A stretch of DNA of 33,725 nt from a virus (taxonomy: Duplodnaviria; Caudoviricetes), in IMG/VR virus record IMGVR_UViG_3300046786_000355, positions 1 to 33,725 of that record; one strand, written 5' to 3'. The notes beneath the pieces were generated by a model. The model was not told where the DNA came from. It saw only the letters and a program-made list of their open reading frames with translations, and ran no database searches. The first letter of the stretch is position 1; every line of letters starts with the position of its first letter. The translations under genes were made by a program, and so were the position numbers. Shown here piece by piece: positions 1 to 8,647 of this stretch.

Positions 1-182
1 CCAGAAGAAGTGTTTAGCCTGAGTTACTGGCTCGTGCACTACGAAGAACTTCCCGTCGAGGGAGTTGGCTTCGTCGGCCTTTGTGAAGATACAGAACTTT
101 TGAGGACGATCAGATCCGAGAATGATATTCCGGATCCCGAGGTTATACTTATTAGAATTGCAGGCCATGATTACCCCTCCTT
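1..182. repeat. Terminal direct repeat, left copy (circular overlap)
   Basis: 1-182 matches 33544-33725 except at positions 13 (T/C), 40 (T/C) and 55 (G/A). It contains the 5' end of the tail tube gene. Confidence 0.95.
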
Positions 183-195
183 TGGGCTTTCGTTT

Positions 196-630
196 TTAGT
201 TCTGGACGCAGATCCAAACCTTGAACCGAAACACGAAAACCACTTGGATCGTGTTATCGTTGCTTTCCTCATCGTAGGGTTCAAAGCTCATCGAGTCAAG
301 GAAGACCCCAGTAATGGCAGGCGTGAAGTTGAAGAAGTTTTCAGCCTTCAGCATCCCCACAACGATCTCCTCGGACTTAATAATCGACTGATCCAGCGCT
401 TCCTCTGGAGTCCGGTAGCCCTTGAAGAAAGCCTTAATCCTGACAGGAATCTCGACGCCCTGCGCCTCGTTATTCTTCTCCACGCCACTGATCTCGAGCA
501 TGGCCTGGTGGAAGGCTCCGTCGATAATGGCTGACGGGATGTTCTGGTCGTTAAATGGATCAGTGTGCTCAACGTATCCGAGCTCGGTCATCCTGGCTGT
601 TACGTAAGGCCTGACCGCTGTAATGCTCAT
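196..630 (-). CDS. Putative tail terminator / tail completion protein
   Basis: 144 aa, acidic, ends in a beta-strand. It lies directly upstream of the tail tube gene once the genome is circularised, and has an ATGA overlap with the preceding gene. Confidence 0.55.
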   Translation of the reverse strand: MSITAVRPYVTARMTELGYVEHTDPFNDQNIPSAIIDGAFHQAMLEISGVEKNNEAQGVEIPVRIKAFFKGYRTPEEALDQSIIKSEEIVVGMLKAENFFNFTPAITGVFLDSMSFEPYDEESNDNTIQVVFVFRFKVWICVQN

Positions 631-1331
631 CGACGCACCAGCGTAAAGGATCGAAGGTCCGCAGCGTCGCTAGAGTCCAGCGTCCCGTTACCGTTGAAAT
701 CAGCCTGGATCCGGCCACGGCCTTGGACCAGGAGCGCCTTCTGGCCGTACATTCTAGCCTTATTCAGGAACACGTCGTCGACTTGATTGGAGATACCCAT
801 AAAGATTAGCTCAAGAGTCATATAGATCGATAGCTGTTTCAAGTCATCAGTGAGGGAAAGATCCGCTTTTGTGAGCTTGGTCCCGTCAGTACGCCAGACC
901 CGGATCGAGTCGAGCCAGTCCAGGATCAACGCCTGGGCATTCCTGTGCACGTTGTTATACGTGCTCTTGCCAGCCGGGAGCCACTTTAACAGATCAGGCT
1001 CGAACTGGATCAGGTCCGAGTCCTTCGAGAAGAGCTTATCTTGCTCAGGCGTCACGACCAGGATCTCCTTCGTGACGGTAAATGTGGACGTGTCCGTGGT
1101 GATCTCAAGCGTTACGACCTTGGTCCCGGCGCTCGAGTATTCCCAATCAAGGAACCAGTCTTTAGATGCCCCGGCTCCGAATACCGACACAAGAGGCTGG
1201 CCCACTTCCGGGCTAATCTTAATGTCCTCGATCGGCTCTGCTCCCTTTGGAGAGAACGACTTAGATGCGTTCAGCCTGGTCTTATCACTGGTCTGGATCA
1301 CTGCTTCGATCTCAAGGTTCCCGAATGCCAT
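627..1331 (-). CDS. Putative head-tail adaptor with N-terminal PKD/Ig-like domain and C-terminal Ca-binding-like loop
   Basis: N-half has a PKD-like pattern (LNASKSFSP...WEYSSAGTKVVTLEIT). C-half is helical like gp6/gp15-type adaptors and ends with DFNGNGTLDSSD. Position fits. Confidence 0.5.
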   Translation of the reverse strand: MAFGNLEIEAVIQTSDKTRLNASKSFSPKGAEPIEDIKISPEVGQPLVSVFGAGASKDWFLDWEYSSAGTKVVTLEITTDTSTFTVTKEILVVTPEQDKLFSKDSDLIQFEPDLLKWLPAGKSTYNNVHRNAQALILDWLDSIRVWRTDGTKLTKADLSLTDDLKQLSIYMTLELIFMGISNQVDDVFLNKARMYGQKALLVQGRGRIQADFNGNGTLDSSDAADLRSFTLVRR

Positions 1332-1657
1332 TAGAGTCCGTACTCCTTGTTATATTTGACCATGCACTTATGAACGAAATGGTTGAGCCATCGGAAGAAG
1401 ATTTCCTTCTCTCCAGATCCCATAGATGAGTATGGCGTTCCGCTGAGCCTAAGCTCTCCAGAACCCTGTTCGTACAGGAAAGAATCACCAGTCGGACAGA
1501 CCCATTCGAAGCTGGGCATGGCTCCGTATCCTGGTATATTAAACGTGTCGACCTTAGCGTACGCTGTCGCAGCTATTACGCCCTGGTGCAGAGTCGAAAG
1601 ATAATGAGCTTCTGTCCTGACTGACTCTTGCGTTTGAGTTGCTACTGGAGCTGGCAT
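1331..1657 (-). CDS. Hypothetical protein (108 aa)
   Basis: Strong RBS GGAGG; stop overlaps the next start (TAATG). Confidence 0.75.
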   Translation of the reverse strand: MPAPVATQTQESVRTEAHYLSTLHQGVIAATAYAKVDTFNIPGYGAMPSFEWVCPTGDSFLYEQGSGELRLSGTPYSSMGSGEKEIFFRWLNHFVHKCMVKYNKEYGL

Positions 1658-1668
1658 TCATTCCTCCT

Positions 1669-1938
1669 TTATGGCATCAAAAGCGCCAGAGACGCCTTCC
1701 TGAAAAGACCGTTGAGCTGTGGATAAAGCCTCCGCAGTTCAGCCTCTGGAAGCCCGGTCATATTCTGATTATCCCGAAGCCTCGAGATTTTACCATCAGC
1801 GAAAATGAGCTCGAGGAAGATAGTGGTAGGCATTCCCTGAGACTGCATCTCTGACTGTGCGTTACTATATGCGGCGCCTATGTCGGCGTCGAGAGTTACT
1901 AGATCAAGGAAGAAGTCCTGATAATAGTTCGCTGGCAT
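1669..1938 (-). CDS. Hypothetical protein (89 aa)
   Basis: Strong RBS GGAGG; abuts the upstream stop codon. Confidence 0.75.
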   Translation of the reverse strand: MPANYYQDFFLDLVTLDADIGAAYSNAQSEMQSQGMPTTIFLELIFADGKISRLRDNQNMTGLPEAELRRLYPQLNGLFRKASLALLMP

Positions 1939-2103
1939 TTATTCCTCCAATACCGAAGCGGACGATCCGTCGCGCTTTTCGGCCCTATATTCTGACCCGT
2001 CGGTTCTGAGCTCTGACAGCCTCTGAGCCAGGGCGAGATCGTCCATCATCTCCTCGACAAGCTCCCATGATTCGTCGCTAACTTTTTTCCAGATTGAAAA
2101 CAT
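1939..2103 (-). CDS. Small acidic hypothetical protein (54 aa; start refined to MFSIWKK)
   Basis: TAATG coupling with the 709-aa gene; GGGGTG upstream. Confidence 0.65.
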   Translation of the reverse strand: MFSIWKKVSDESWELVEEMMDDLALAQRLSELRTDGSEYRAEKRDGSSASVLEE

Positions 2104-4232
2104 TACACACCCCTTGCCTTTAGGAACAAGCAAAACAAAGAAGAACCGGATCCAGCGGTCGCCACGATGCCTCGGATGAATTTAGGCATCGACGTACCAG
2201 TTTCGGCTATCTGTGCGGAAGATCCTGCGACAGCCGTAAGTGACATAGATGGAAGATCGTACCAGTTAAGATTATCCTCAGATCCTTGCATCTTAAACAC
2301 CGGAGCAGTACCGCCCGCGTTCATGGTTGCGGCGAGCTGAAACTGATCGCATCCATCAACAGCAAAGGAAGCAGTCGTCGAACCTAAAGTATTGGGATCT
2401 ATAGTCCTGCTGATAAAGTTACGAAAATTATCCGATGCGACCTGGCGAACTGGTCTCAGTACCGAGTTAGTAAATGACGGAGTGCCTCCGCCTACCGTTC
2501 TAACGTATCTGATGCCCGCCCCGGTGATTCGCATCTGTGGCGATTGATACTGTCCGATAGCTGTGATTCTAGGAAAATGGTAAATGTCGTAGTAATTTGT
2601 TCCGTCGAATGTCTCCTGGACCACTACGTCGAGAGTCGGGTTCGTTCCAGATACAGCGGTTACACCCACCTGGAAGGACATGCTTTGCTGGTTTCCTGTT
2701 ACGATGTTTGCAGACGTCTGTGTAGTGGTGATGGCAGCCGATGCAATATCGGTCACCGTCGTAGCAGACAGAGCCGCTGAGGTTACAGAGGAAACGGTGG
2801 AGCAAGTTGTAAGAGTGGTAACAGTACCGACAGAAGTAAGTGATCCGCCCACAGTGGCGTTTAAGTTTGCCGCAGTTGAGTTGATAACCTGCACCACTTG
2901 GGGCACGAATGGGTCAGCCGTTACCCTGGTAAATGCCTGGACGTTCGCTCCGAGTGCGGTCGATACCCTGAGACGCACGTACCTCGAGACGATAGGAAAC
3001 TGGTAAACGAATGAACCAGCTGTCGCTGCAATAGCTCCAAGGATGGCGTTAGGAGAAGACGAGTCAGTCCTGAAAACTGGCAAGTTTTGGAAGTTGATGT
3101 TATCTGCCGAGTGCTCGAAGATAAACGCGCCAGATGCTGTCGAAGATACCACCTGAACAGCGGCGCTCCTAAATCCTGCGAAGTCTTGCGAGTTAGGCCC
3201 AGCCACTGCGTTCAGCAAGTTATTGCTAAGCGTGTTAGTTGGTGCGCCAGTGAGATAGACTTCATTCCGCTCGATGGAGACGATGTCATCTGAAGACAGA
3301 ACCACCGGAATGGAAGCCGAGGAAGCCTTCTGTCCTAAGCTGGTAGCAGTACCACCGAACCGAGCAACGTCGGTGCTTACGGTCGCGTCGTTAGCGAGCA
3401 CCACGCGCTGAGTGCCTGCTGTTGTCGCGCCCGCTCCAGTAGCCGCCGAAATGCCAGCATATGAAATGTTAGACGACGTCCGAAGCGTTGCAGAGTCTAC
3501 CGCTCCGAGGCCAGTTGTGGCCGATACACCGCCCAAGTTAAGATTAGTCTCAATCGCGCCAGCCGAGTTAGATACCAGGTCGACCTGAATCGGTGCGGTC
3601 GTGCTAGCGATATTTACTTCAGTTGTGCCCACTGGAGTAGACTTGACCATGAGCTCGTTAGTCACCGGATCGAGCGCTGGCGCTACCAGATCACCTCCGT
3701 TGATGAATCCAACGCTGAGCGCCTGGTTCTGATAAGGGAGTGGAAGCGGATTATTCAGCAGACCGCCATAGCTCGAGCTTTGGAGGTTAATGTCGAGCCC
3801 ATCTCGGCCAGTCAGTGGATCAGGCGTCGAGAGGATCGGGAAGGTTCCAGAGCCATCATGGATGGCAGTAGCCACAGAATGAGCCGAGCCGATCCCGCCC
3901 TCTACCTGGACAGGAGTCGATACCGATACAGGGCCAGAGATGGATACCGATCCACCTACTTGCTGGATCGCGAACTCGTCGTCGTAGAATATCTGGAGAG
4001 GATCCGATGCAAGCTGGCCCGCGTTGCTCGAAGCATAGGTTAAAAGGTTTCCCGAGAACGTCCCACCGAGCCCGGCTGTTGAAGACCCGGTCGCGTATAT
4101 CGTCTTTCCAGTCTTAACGTCAATGATCGCCAGGAGTCGCTTCGAGTCGAAGTTAGCTCCCATCGGGCTAAAGTCTACCCGGTTCAGGCTCGGCGTGAAT
4201 GTGTAGTTAGAGGCTGGAAGAATGATTTTCAT
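2103..4232 (-). CDS. Large virion structural/adhesin protein with three C-terminal beta-sandwich repeats
   Basis: 709 aa, rich in S/T/A/G. Three similar units: EHSADNINFQNL..RYVRLR, QETFDGTNYYDI..IRYVRT, QGSEDNLNWYDL..KFIRGI (discoidin/jelly-roll-like). Confidence 0.6.
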   Translation of the reverse strand: MKIILPASNYTFTPSLNRVDFSPMGANFDSKRLLAIIDVKTGKTIYATGSSTAGLGGTFSGNLLTYASSNAGQLASDPLQIFYDDEFAIQQVGGSVSISGPVSVSTPVQVEGGIGSAHSVATAIHDGSGTFPILSTPDPLTGRDGLDINLQSSSYGGLLNNPLPLPYQNQALSVGFINGGDLVAPALDPVTNELMVKSTPVGTTEVNIASTTAPIQVDLVSNSAGAIETNLNLGGVSATTGLGAVDSATLRTSSNISYAGISAATGAGATTAGTQRVVLANDATVSTDVARFGGTATSLGQKASSASIPVVLSSDDIVSIERNEVYLTGAPTNTLSNNLLNAVAGPNSQDFAGFRSAAVQVVSSTASGAFIFEHSADNINFQNLPVFRTDSSSPNAILGAIAATAGSFVYQFPIVSRYVRLRVSTALGANVQAFTRVTADPFVPQVVQVINSTAANLNATVGGSLTSVGTVTTLTTCSTVSSVTSAALSATTVTDIASAAITTTQTSANIVTGNQQSMSFQVGVTAVSGTNPTLDVVVQETFDGTNYYDIYHFPRITAIGQYQSPQMRITGAGIRYVRTVGGGTPSFTNSVLRPVRQVASDNFRNFISRTIDPNTLGSTTASFAVDGCDQFQLAATMNAGGTAPVFKMQGSEDNLNWYDLPSMSLTAVAGSSAQIAETGTSMPKFIRGIVATAGSGSSLFCLFLKARGV

Positions 4233-4241
4233 AGTTTCACC

Positions 4242-6110
4242 TTATCCGAAAATAATCGCCGATACCACCGTCTGCAAGTAAGTTGCGGGAGTATATCCAA
4301 GCGCCGCTGGAATGTTCGCCAGATAGACCTTCGTGATCGTCCCGGAGGATCCACCAGCCACGTCGGTCGCTAGGTCGACCTGCCACGTCGGGACGTTAGG
4401 CCCCGCCGTCGTACCGTTAACGAATACCGGAGCAGAGAAAAGCAGGCAGTCGCTTGTTTTTACTGTGGCCGTAGCGCTGGCTTGAATCGTCGAGATGATC
4501 CTGGAGTTCTCAAGTGATAGAAGTCCTGCGGATATGCTAAGAACTCCAAGGACTAGAGCCTCGCTGATTATGTTCGATCCACCTGCCAAGGTAGAAGTAA
4601 GGACGGTTGACTCGGTAACAGATACCAGGACGTTAGCGTTCGTGTCGCTTCTGGAAATAGATCCTACACATCCCTTGATCGTAACGGTCCCATTCAGCGC
4701 CGCGCCGTAGTTAGCGGTCAGTGAGTTATAGTTCACGTTATAGATAACCAGGCTAACAGGAGCTCCGCTCGACGTGGTGTGCGTGAAGCCATTAGTTATC
4801 TCGCACGTACCTGATGAGGTCCCGATAATCGTCACCTGGTCCGGTAACGCGATAGCTGGCTCGCCATAAAGGCCGGGGAACAGGTTAACCACCGTGTTCG
4901 CAGTAGCGCCCAATAGCGCCTTAGCTACGGTCTGGTAAGGCTTCCCATAGCTCCCGTTTCCGGTAGTGTCGCTCCCGTCGGTTGGATGAACGTATCTAGC
5001 GTTAGCCTTTAGGAATTGGGAATTGATCTCGCTCTTCTGGTAGTAGCGCAGGTCGCCCCTAGTATCGTTATGGTACTGAGTATGGTCGTCGTTACTGAGG
5101 CCCGTTAAAAGGCTGTGGGAGGTGATTACAGCAGTTCCGCTTGAGATGGACGTCACCCTACCCTTAGCGTCTACGTCGATCACAGGATTTGAATATGAGC
5201 CCGCTGTGACGCCAGTGTTGGCAAGTGTAGCCGAAGCCGATCCTGGTCCCGAAGCGGTAACGTCCCCGGTCAGCGCGGTGATGTAGGATCCAGCTGGTTG
5301 CTTCCCGTTAAACGTGTTCCAGTCAGAGCTTGAGAGATACCCGTCCGTCGTGGTGTTAGCCTGGGCGATCGAGAGCGAATCGGTCGCCAGCGTATAGGAT
5401 AGCGGAGCCGATGTAGATAAGGCTGGAGCGTTCTTCCAGAGCGTAGTGGTCGCGTCATACTTCAGCACCTGATGATCTGCCACGGACGAGATCGCGACGT
5501 TATGGAGCTCCTGGAGCTCAAATCCGTTCTGGACCTTTACCTCGATCGTCCCCTGAGTTGGATGCGACCGAGTAACAAAGCCGATAAAGACCATGTGATC
5601 CGGCGCCGATGGCTTAACGGTAGTCATGCCACCAGGGACCGTAGGAGACAGCCAGAGCGAAGATCCGTCAGGGAAGGCGCTGGTATTCAGGCTCTCAGCT
5701 AGGCCGAAGACGACCACGCTTCCGGCTGCGTTATTCGCGATCGACTCGGCTGTGATCCCGATCGTCTTCGTCGAGGTGATCTCTGTGTGAGCCTGGGACA
5801 GGGCCAGGAGCGGAAGGTTCCCGGTAGCGCCTGAGAAGTAAACAACAGACCCGGCTGGAATGGTCGCCCCGGTGCTGTTCCTGGCTGTCGTGGTCAGCTT
5901 GTAAGTAGAAGCAGACGCGAGCAGTTGCCAGTAAGTCGTGTTGGTTGGAGCGTTGCCCAGAGAAGGCTGGATACAGATGTAAGAGCTGTTCTGATAGGAG
6001 ACCGAGTCGCCGATCTGGTATTGGGTTCCAGAGTTATACGCCCCGGTGGGGTTGATGTTTACGTTTAGCTGGATCGGATCGAGTAGCTTTACGATCTTAA
6101 AATCAGACAT
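4242..6110 (-). CDS. Fibre/spike protein: CBM5/12-like N-terminus, fibre repeats, beta-helix-like C-terminus
   Basis: GAYNSGTQYQIGDSVSYQNSSY..YWQLL (CBM5/12-like). LANTGVTAGSY..VDAKGRVT (fibre repeat). YVHPTDGSDTTGNGSYGKPYQTVAKAL (pectin-lyase/DUF1565-like beta-helix cap). Confidence 0.65.
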   Translation of the reverse strand: MSDFKIVKLLDPIQLNVNINPTGAYNSGTQYQIGDSVSYQNSSYICIQPSLGNAPTNTTYWQLLASASTYKLTTTARNSTGATIPAGSVVYFSGATGNLPLLALSQAHTEITSTKTIGITAESIANNAAGSVVVFGLAESLNTSAFPDGSSLWLSPTVPGGMTTVKPSAPDHMVFIGFVTRSHPTQGTIEVKVQNGFELQELHNVAISSVADHQVLKYDATTTLWKNAPALSTSAPLSYTLATDSLSIAQANTTTDGYLSSSDWNTFNGKQPAGSYITALTGDVTASGPGSASATLANTGVTAGSYSNPVIDVDAKGRVTSISSGTAVITSHSLLTGLSNDDHTQYHNDTRGDLRYYQKSEINSQFLKANARYVHPTDGSDTTGNGSYGKPYQTVAKALLGATANTVVNLFPGLYGEPAIALPDQVTIIGTSSGTCEITNGFTHTTSSGAPVSLVIYNVNYNSLTANYGAALNGTVTIKGCVGSISRSDTNANVLVSVTESTVLTSTLAGGSNIISEALVLGVLSISAGLLSLENSRIISTIQASATATVKTSDCLLFSAPVFVNGTTAGPNVPTWQVDLATDVAGGSSGTITKVYLANIPAALGYTPATYLQTVVSAIIFG

Positions 6111-6411
6111 AAGTCAGCGTCCCCCTATCGTTCCAGACCTGATTGGCCGACGACGATCCATTCGCGAGCTTGATCGAGATGGCCCCACCAGAGATTACGA
6201 TCTTTTTGATAAGCCACTTGGCTTCTGAGTCTAACGAGCCTGGCACAGCTTCGCCCAGGTAAACCAGCGACGAGGATACCACGTCGACGAGAGTGGTCCT
6301 CTCTGGAGCTCCGACCGTTCCAGTTACCTCGATAGCTGTCTCGTTAGGCCTGGTGGGGCTTTCGACGAATTTCTTTAGCTCGCGGTCTAAGACTGATCCT
6401 GGGATGCTCAT
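6103..6411 (-). CDS. Small phage structural protein
   Basis: 102 aa with YLGEAVPGS..AKWLIKKI..WNDRGTLTY, a pattern I recognise from phage structural modules; overlaps both neighbours. Confidence 0.55.
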   Translation of the reverse strand: MSIPGSVLDRELKKFVESPTRPNETAIEVTGTVGAPERTTLVDVVSSSLVYLGEAVPGSLDSEAKWLIKKIVISGGAISIKLANGSSSANQVWNDRGTLTYV

Positions 6412-6629
6412 TTAGCTGTCTCCAGTTCTTTAATCTTCTGAGGATCGAAGTCCTCGTAGAACCACGCGATCCAGACCAGGCGTCCGTTCAGCGTGACTTG
6501 CCCGATGTCGAAATACCTGACATGAGCGCCCATCCTTGCATTGTTCATAAGCATCGACCGCCGGAGGCCCATCGGGCTCCCGGCGGTGATGAAATTCGGA
6601 ATGGCTGTCGGAAGCGTATCCCGTCCCAT
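6408..6629 (-). CDS. Hypothetical protein following the capsid gene
   Basis: 73-aa ORF filling the gap in the late operon. Confidence 0.6.
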   Translation of the reverse strand: MGRDTLPTAIPNFITAGSPMGLRRSMLMNNARMGAHVRYFDIGQVTLNGRLVWIAWFYEDFDPQKIKELETAK

Positions 6630-6641
6630 TCCGTTAGCTTA

Positions 6642-7484
6642 TTAGATTTTCACGATCAAAGGCGACTTGCCAGAAGCAGCACCGAGCTCGCCAGTCTGGA
6701 GAGCTTTAACACCGAAGAGCTGGTCGATAGCGACCTTCTTCGCTGCGGTTCCGTACTCGATAGCAGCTTGTTCAGCCATCGAAGGAGCCTTCTGGAAAGC
6801 GATACCAACGGAGTCCTTGGAGTACCAGTAGCCCTTACCAGCGGCGACGCCCTGGTGAACCATTACAGGCATTCCGTAGACGGTTCCGATCTGACCGCTT
6901 GGGATGTTGGACGAGCCGTAGTAATCGGCGCGCACGAACTCAGCGATCTTCAGCATGGCCTTCTCCTGGTCCGGTCCGATGAGCATAACGCAAGCGGAAG
7001 GATCAGCGAAGGACTTGAGGAGCTGTTCGCGAGCATCCAGGATCAAGTCAGCAGTGAGAGGAGCAGCGCCCACATCGAGGCCAGCACCAGCTTCGAGGAC
7101 AGCGATGATCTGCTCGTCGACATAGCGACCGTGTGCGGAAGCAGCGCGGAGAGCGTTCTCGATCTGAACGTCCATAGAGGACTGGATCTCATCAGAGCTG
7201 TCGATCAACCAAGACACGTAAGCGTTCAGGTTGAGGTCGAGCTTGTCAGTGGTAGCGCTAAGAGCCTGGATGGTTCCAGGAACAGCAGAGGCGCGGTTTT
7301 CAACGGTGAAGCTGGACAGCTTAGGGAAGCTGATCGACTTCATTCCTTTGCCAGCGTAGCTGGAGAGGTCACTGACAGTAGCGAGGAGCTTCGCCCGGAA
7401 CTTGAGTTCCTTCTGGACGAGGCTAGTGATTAGATCGTTCTTGGTTGCGACTAGTTGGGTATTCCCAGTAATGACGTCAGGCAT
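6642..7484 (-). CDS. Major capsid protein (HK97 fold)
   Basis: 280 aa after the scaffold gene. Motifs GKGMKSISFP, LIGPDQEKAML, GQIGTVYGMPV, DQLFGVKAL are typical of P22/T7/N4-gp56-like coat proteins. Confidence 0.85.
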   Translation of the reverse strand: MPDVITGNTQLVATKNDLITSLVQKELKFRAKLLATVSDLSSYAGKGMKSISFPKLSSFTVENRASAVPGTIQALSATTDKLDLNLNAYVSWLIDSSDEIQSSMDVQIENALRAASAHGRYVDEQIIAVLEAGAGLDVGAAPLTADLILDAREQLLKSFADPSACVMLIGPDQEKAMLKIAEFVRADYYGSSNIPSGQIGTVYGMPVMVHQGVAAGKGYWYSKDSVGIAFQKAPSMAEQAAIEYGTAAKKVAIDQLFGVKALQTGELGAASGKSPLIVKI

Positions 7485-7494
7485 AATGTTTCCT

Positions 7495-8079
7495 TTATGG
7501 TTTCAGGGTTTTCAGTTTCTCAATCAATTCGTCTTTGGTGAGTTCCTTTACAGGCTTCTCTCCAGAGAACGTCCCAGCCGATAAGTGAACATCACCCGGC
7601 TTCTGTGCTCCAGTCGCGAAGAAGTAAGGCTTTGACTTTGCAAGGTTAGCGAGCTGAGTCTTTAGCTGTTCAGTGTTAAGATTGAAACTTTCGTCGATCT
7701 CAACGCTGGACCAGTCGCCTACCTTCACGATGTCATCCAAGGCTTCCTTACGCGCTCCCATGGTGAGGGCTAATTGCTTAACCTCCTTCTGGAAGATGGT
7801 CTTAGCATAGGCGGCGTCCTTGGCCTTGAGTGCTTCTTCGATCTCCCGCTTGGATTTCCAGACACCCTCCAGGGCTTCCTTATACTTGCCCTGCTCCGCT
7901 AATACCTTCTGCTCGCGTTCGTGTTCCTTAGCCTGAAACTCATTCAGCTTTGCTTTCAGGGCTTTGATTTCCCCGATCGCGCGCGAATAGGTTTCATACT
8001 TCACGCTGTCGCTTGAACTGTCCTTGCTTCCGGCACTGCCTTCGACTTGGTGGCCACTGGCCCCGTTCATTTCTTCCAT
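7495..8079 (-). CDS. Capsid scaffolding protein
   Basis: 194 aa, charged coiled coil, EQGKYKE and KPYFF motifs, directly upstream of the capsid gene. Confidence 0.8.
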   Translation of the reverse strand: MEEMNGASGHQVEGSAGSKDSSSDSVKYETYSRAIGEIKALKAKLNEFQAKEHEREQKVLAEQGKYKEALEGVWKSKREIEEALKAKDAAYAKTIFQKEVKQLALTMGARKEALDDIVKVGDWSSVEIDESFNLNTEQLKTQLANLAKSKPYFFATGAQKPGDVHLSAGTFSGEKPVKELTKDELIEKLKTLKP

Positions 8080-8113
8080 TCTTGATTATCCTCCTATGGT
8101 TTTCAAGTATTAG

Positions 8114-8647
8114 TCAGATATTACGACGAATATAGCGGATTACAATCTTTTTAGCCTGAGCCAGGAGCTTTTCCTCGAGCGCCTTACTGAAGCCGAAGAA
8201 CGATCTCCCAGCCTCTGCGACGTATCGCGCTAGGTCTGAGTTTCTTATGCGCTTTCCGACAGTTGAAAGCCCGTTGCGCGTCTTCATCTTATATGGCTCA
8301 TGGATCCCGTCGATAGTGATCCTGATCGTCCGACCGATCACGGAATGATTGATCGCGTCCATCAGTTGCCCGGTCAGCGTGAGGTTAGACCTGCGCTTCG
8401 AATAGGCCTGGTGAGTGCGTGTGGACTCGGCGATCTTATCGCGCTTCTTGATCCATCCCTTCGATAATGGCTTAAACTTTTCGCCAGTCTGGGGCGACGT
8501 TCCCTTCCTGGATGTGAACTTTAGGAGCTCAGTAGCCAGAGTCCCCACCTCGTTTAGCATCTCGCGATTCGATAGAATTCGATTAAGGCGGTCCTTCGTT
8601 TCCTGCTCGAGCCTGTCGATGCTTTTCTGGTTCACCTTTAGCTTCAC
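8114..8647 (-). CDS. Virion morphogenesis family protein (Mu gpG/P2 S-like), copy 2
   Basis: Basic protein: GEKFKPLS..NLTLTGQLMDAI..ARYV..RSFFGFS. Confidence 0.65.
   Translation of the reverse strand: MKLKVNQKSIDRLEQETKDRLNRILSNREMLNEVGTLATELLKFTSRKGTSPQTGEKFKPLSKGWIKKRDKIAESTRTHQAYSKRRSNLTLTGQLMDAINHSVIGRTIRITIDGIHEPYKMKTRNGLSTVGKRIRNSDLARYVAEAGRSFFGFSKALEEKLLAQAKKIVIRYIRRNI

Noticed and set aside
10-534. 174-aa plus-strand ORF and the many other short plus-strand ORFs in the track
   Set aside because: Shadows of well-supported minus-strand genes, with no recognisable motifs.
6498-7433. 311-aa plus-strand ORF
   Set aside because: Antisense shadow of the capsid gene; no motifs; expected from biased codon usage.
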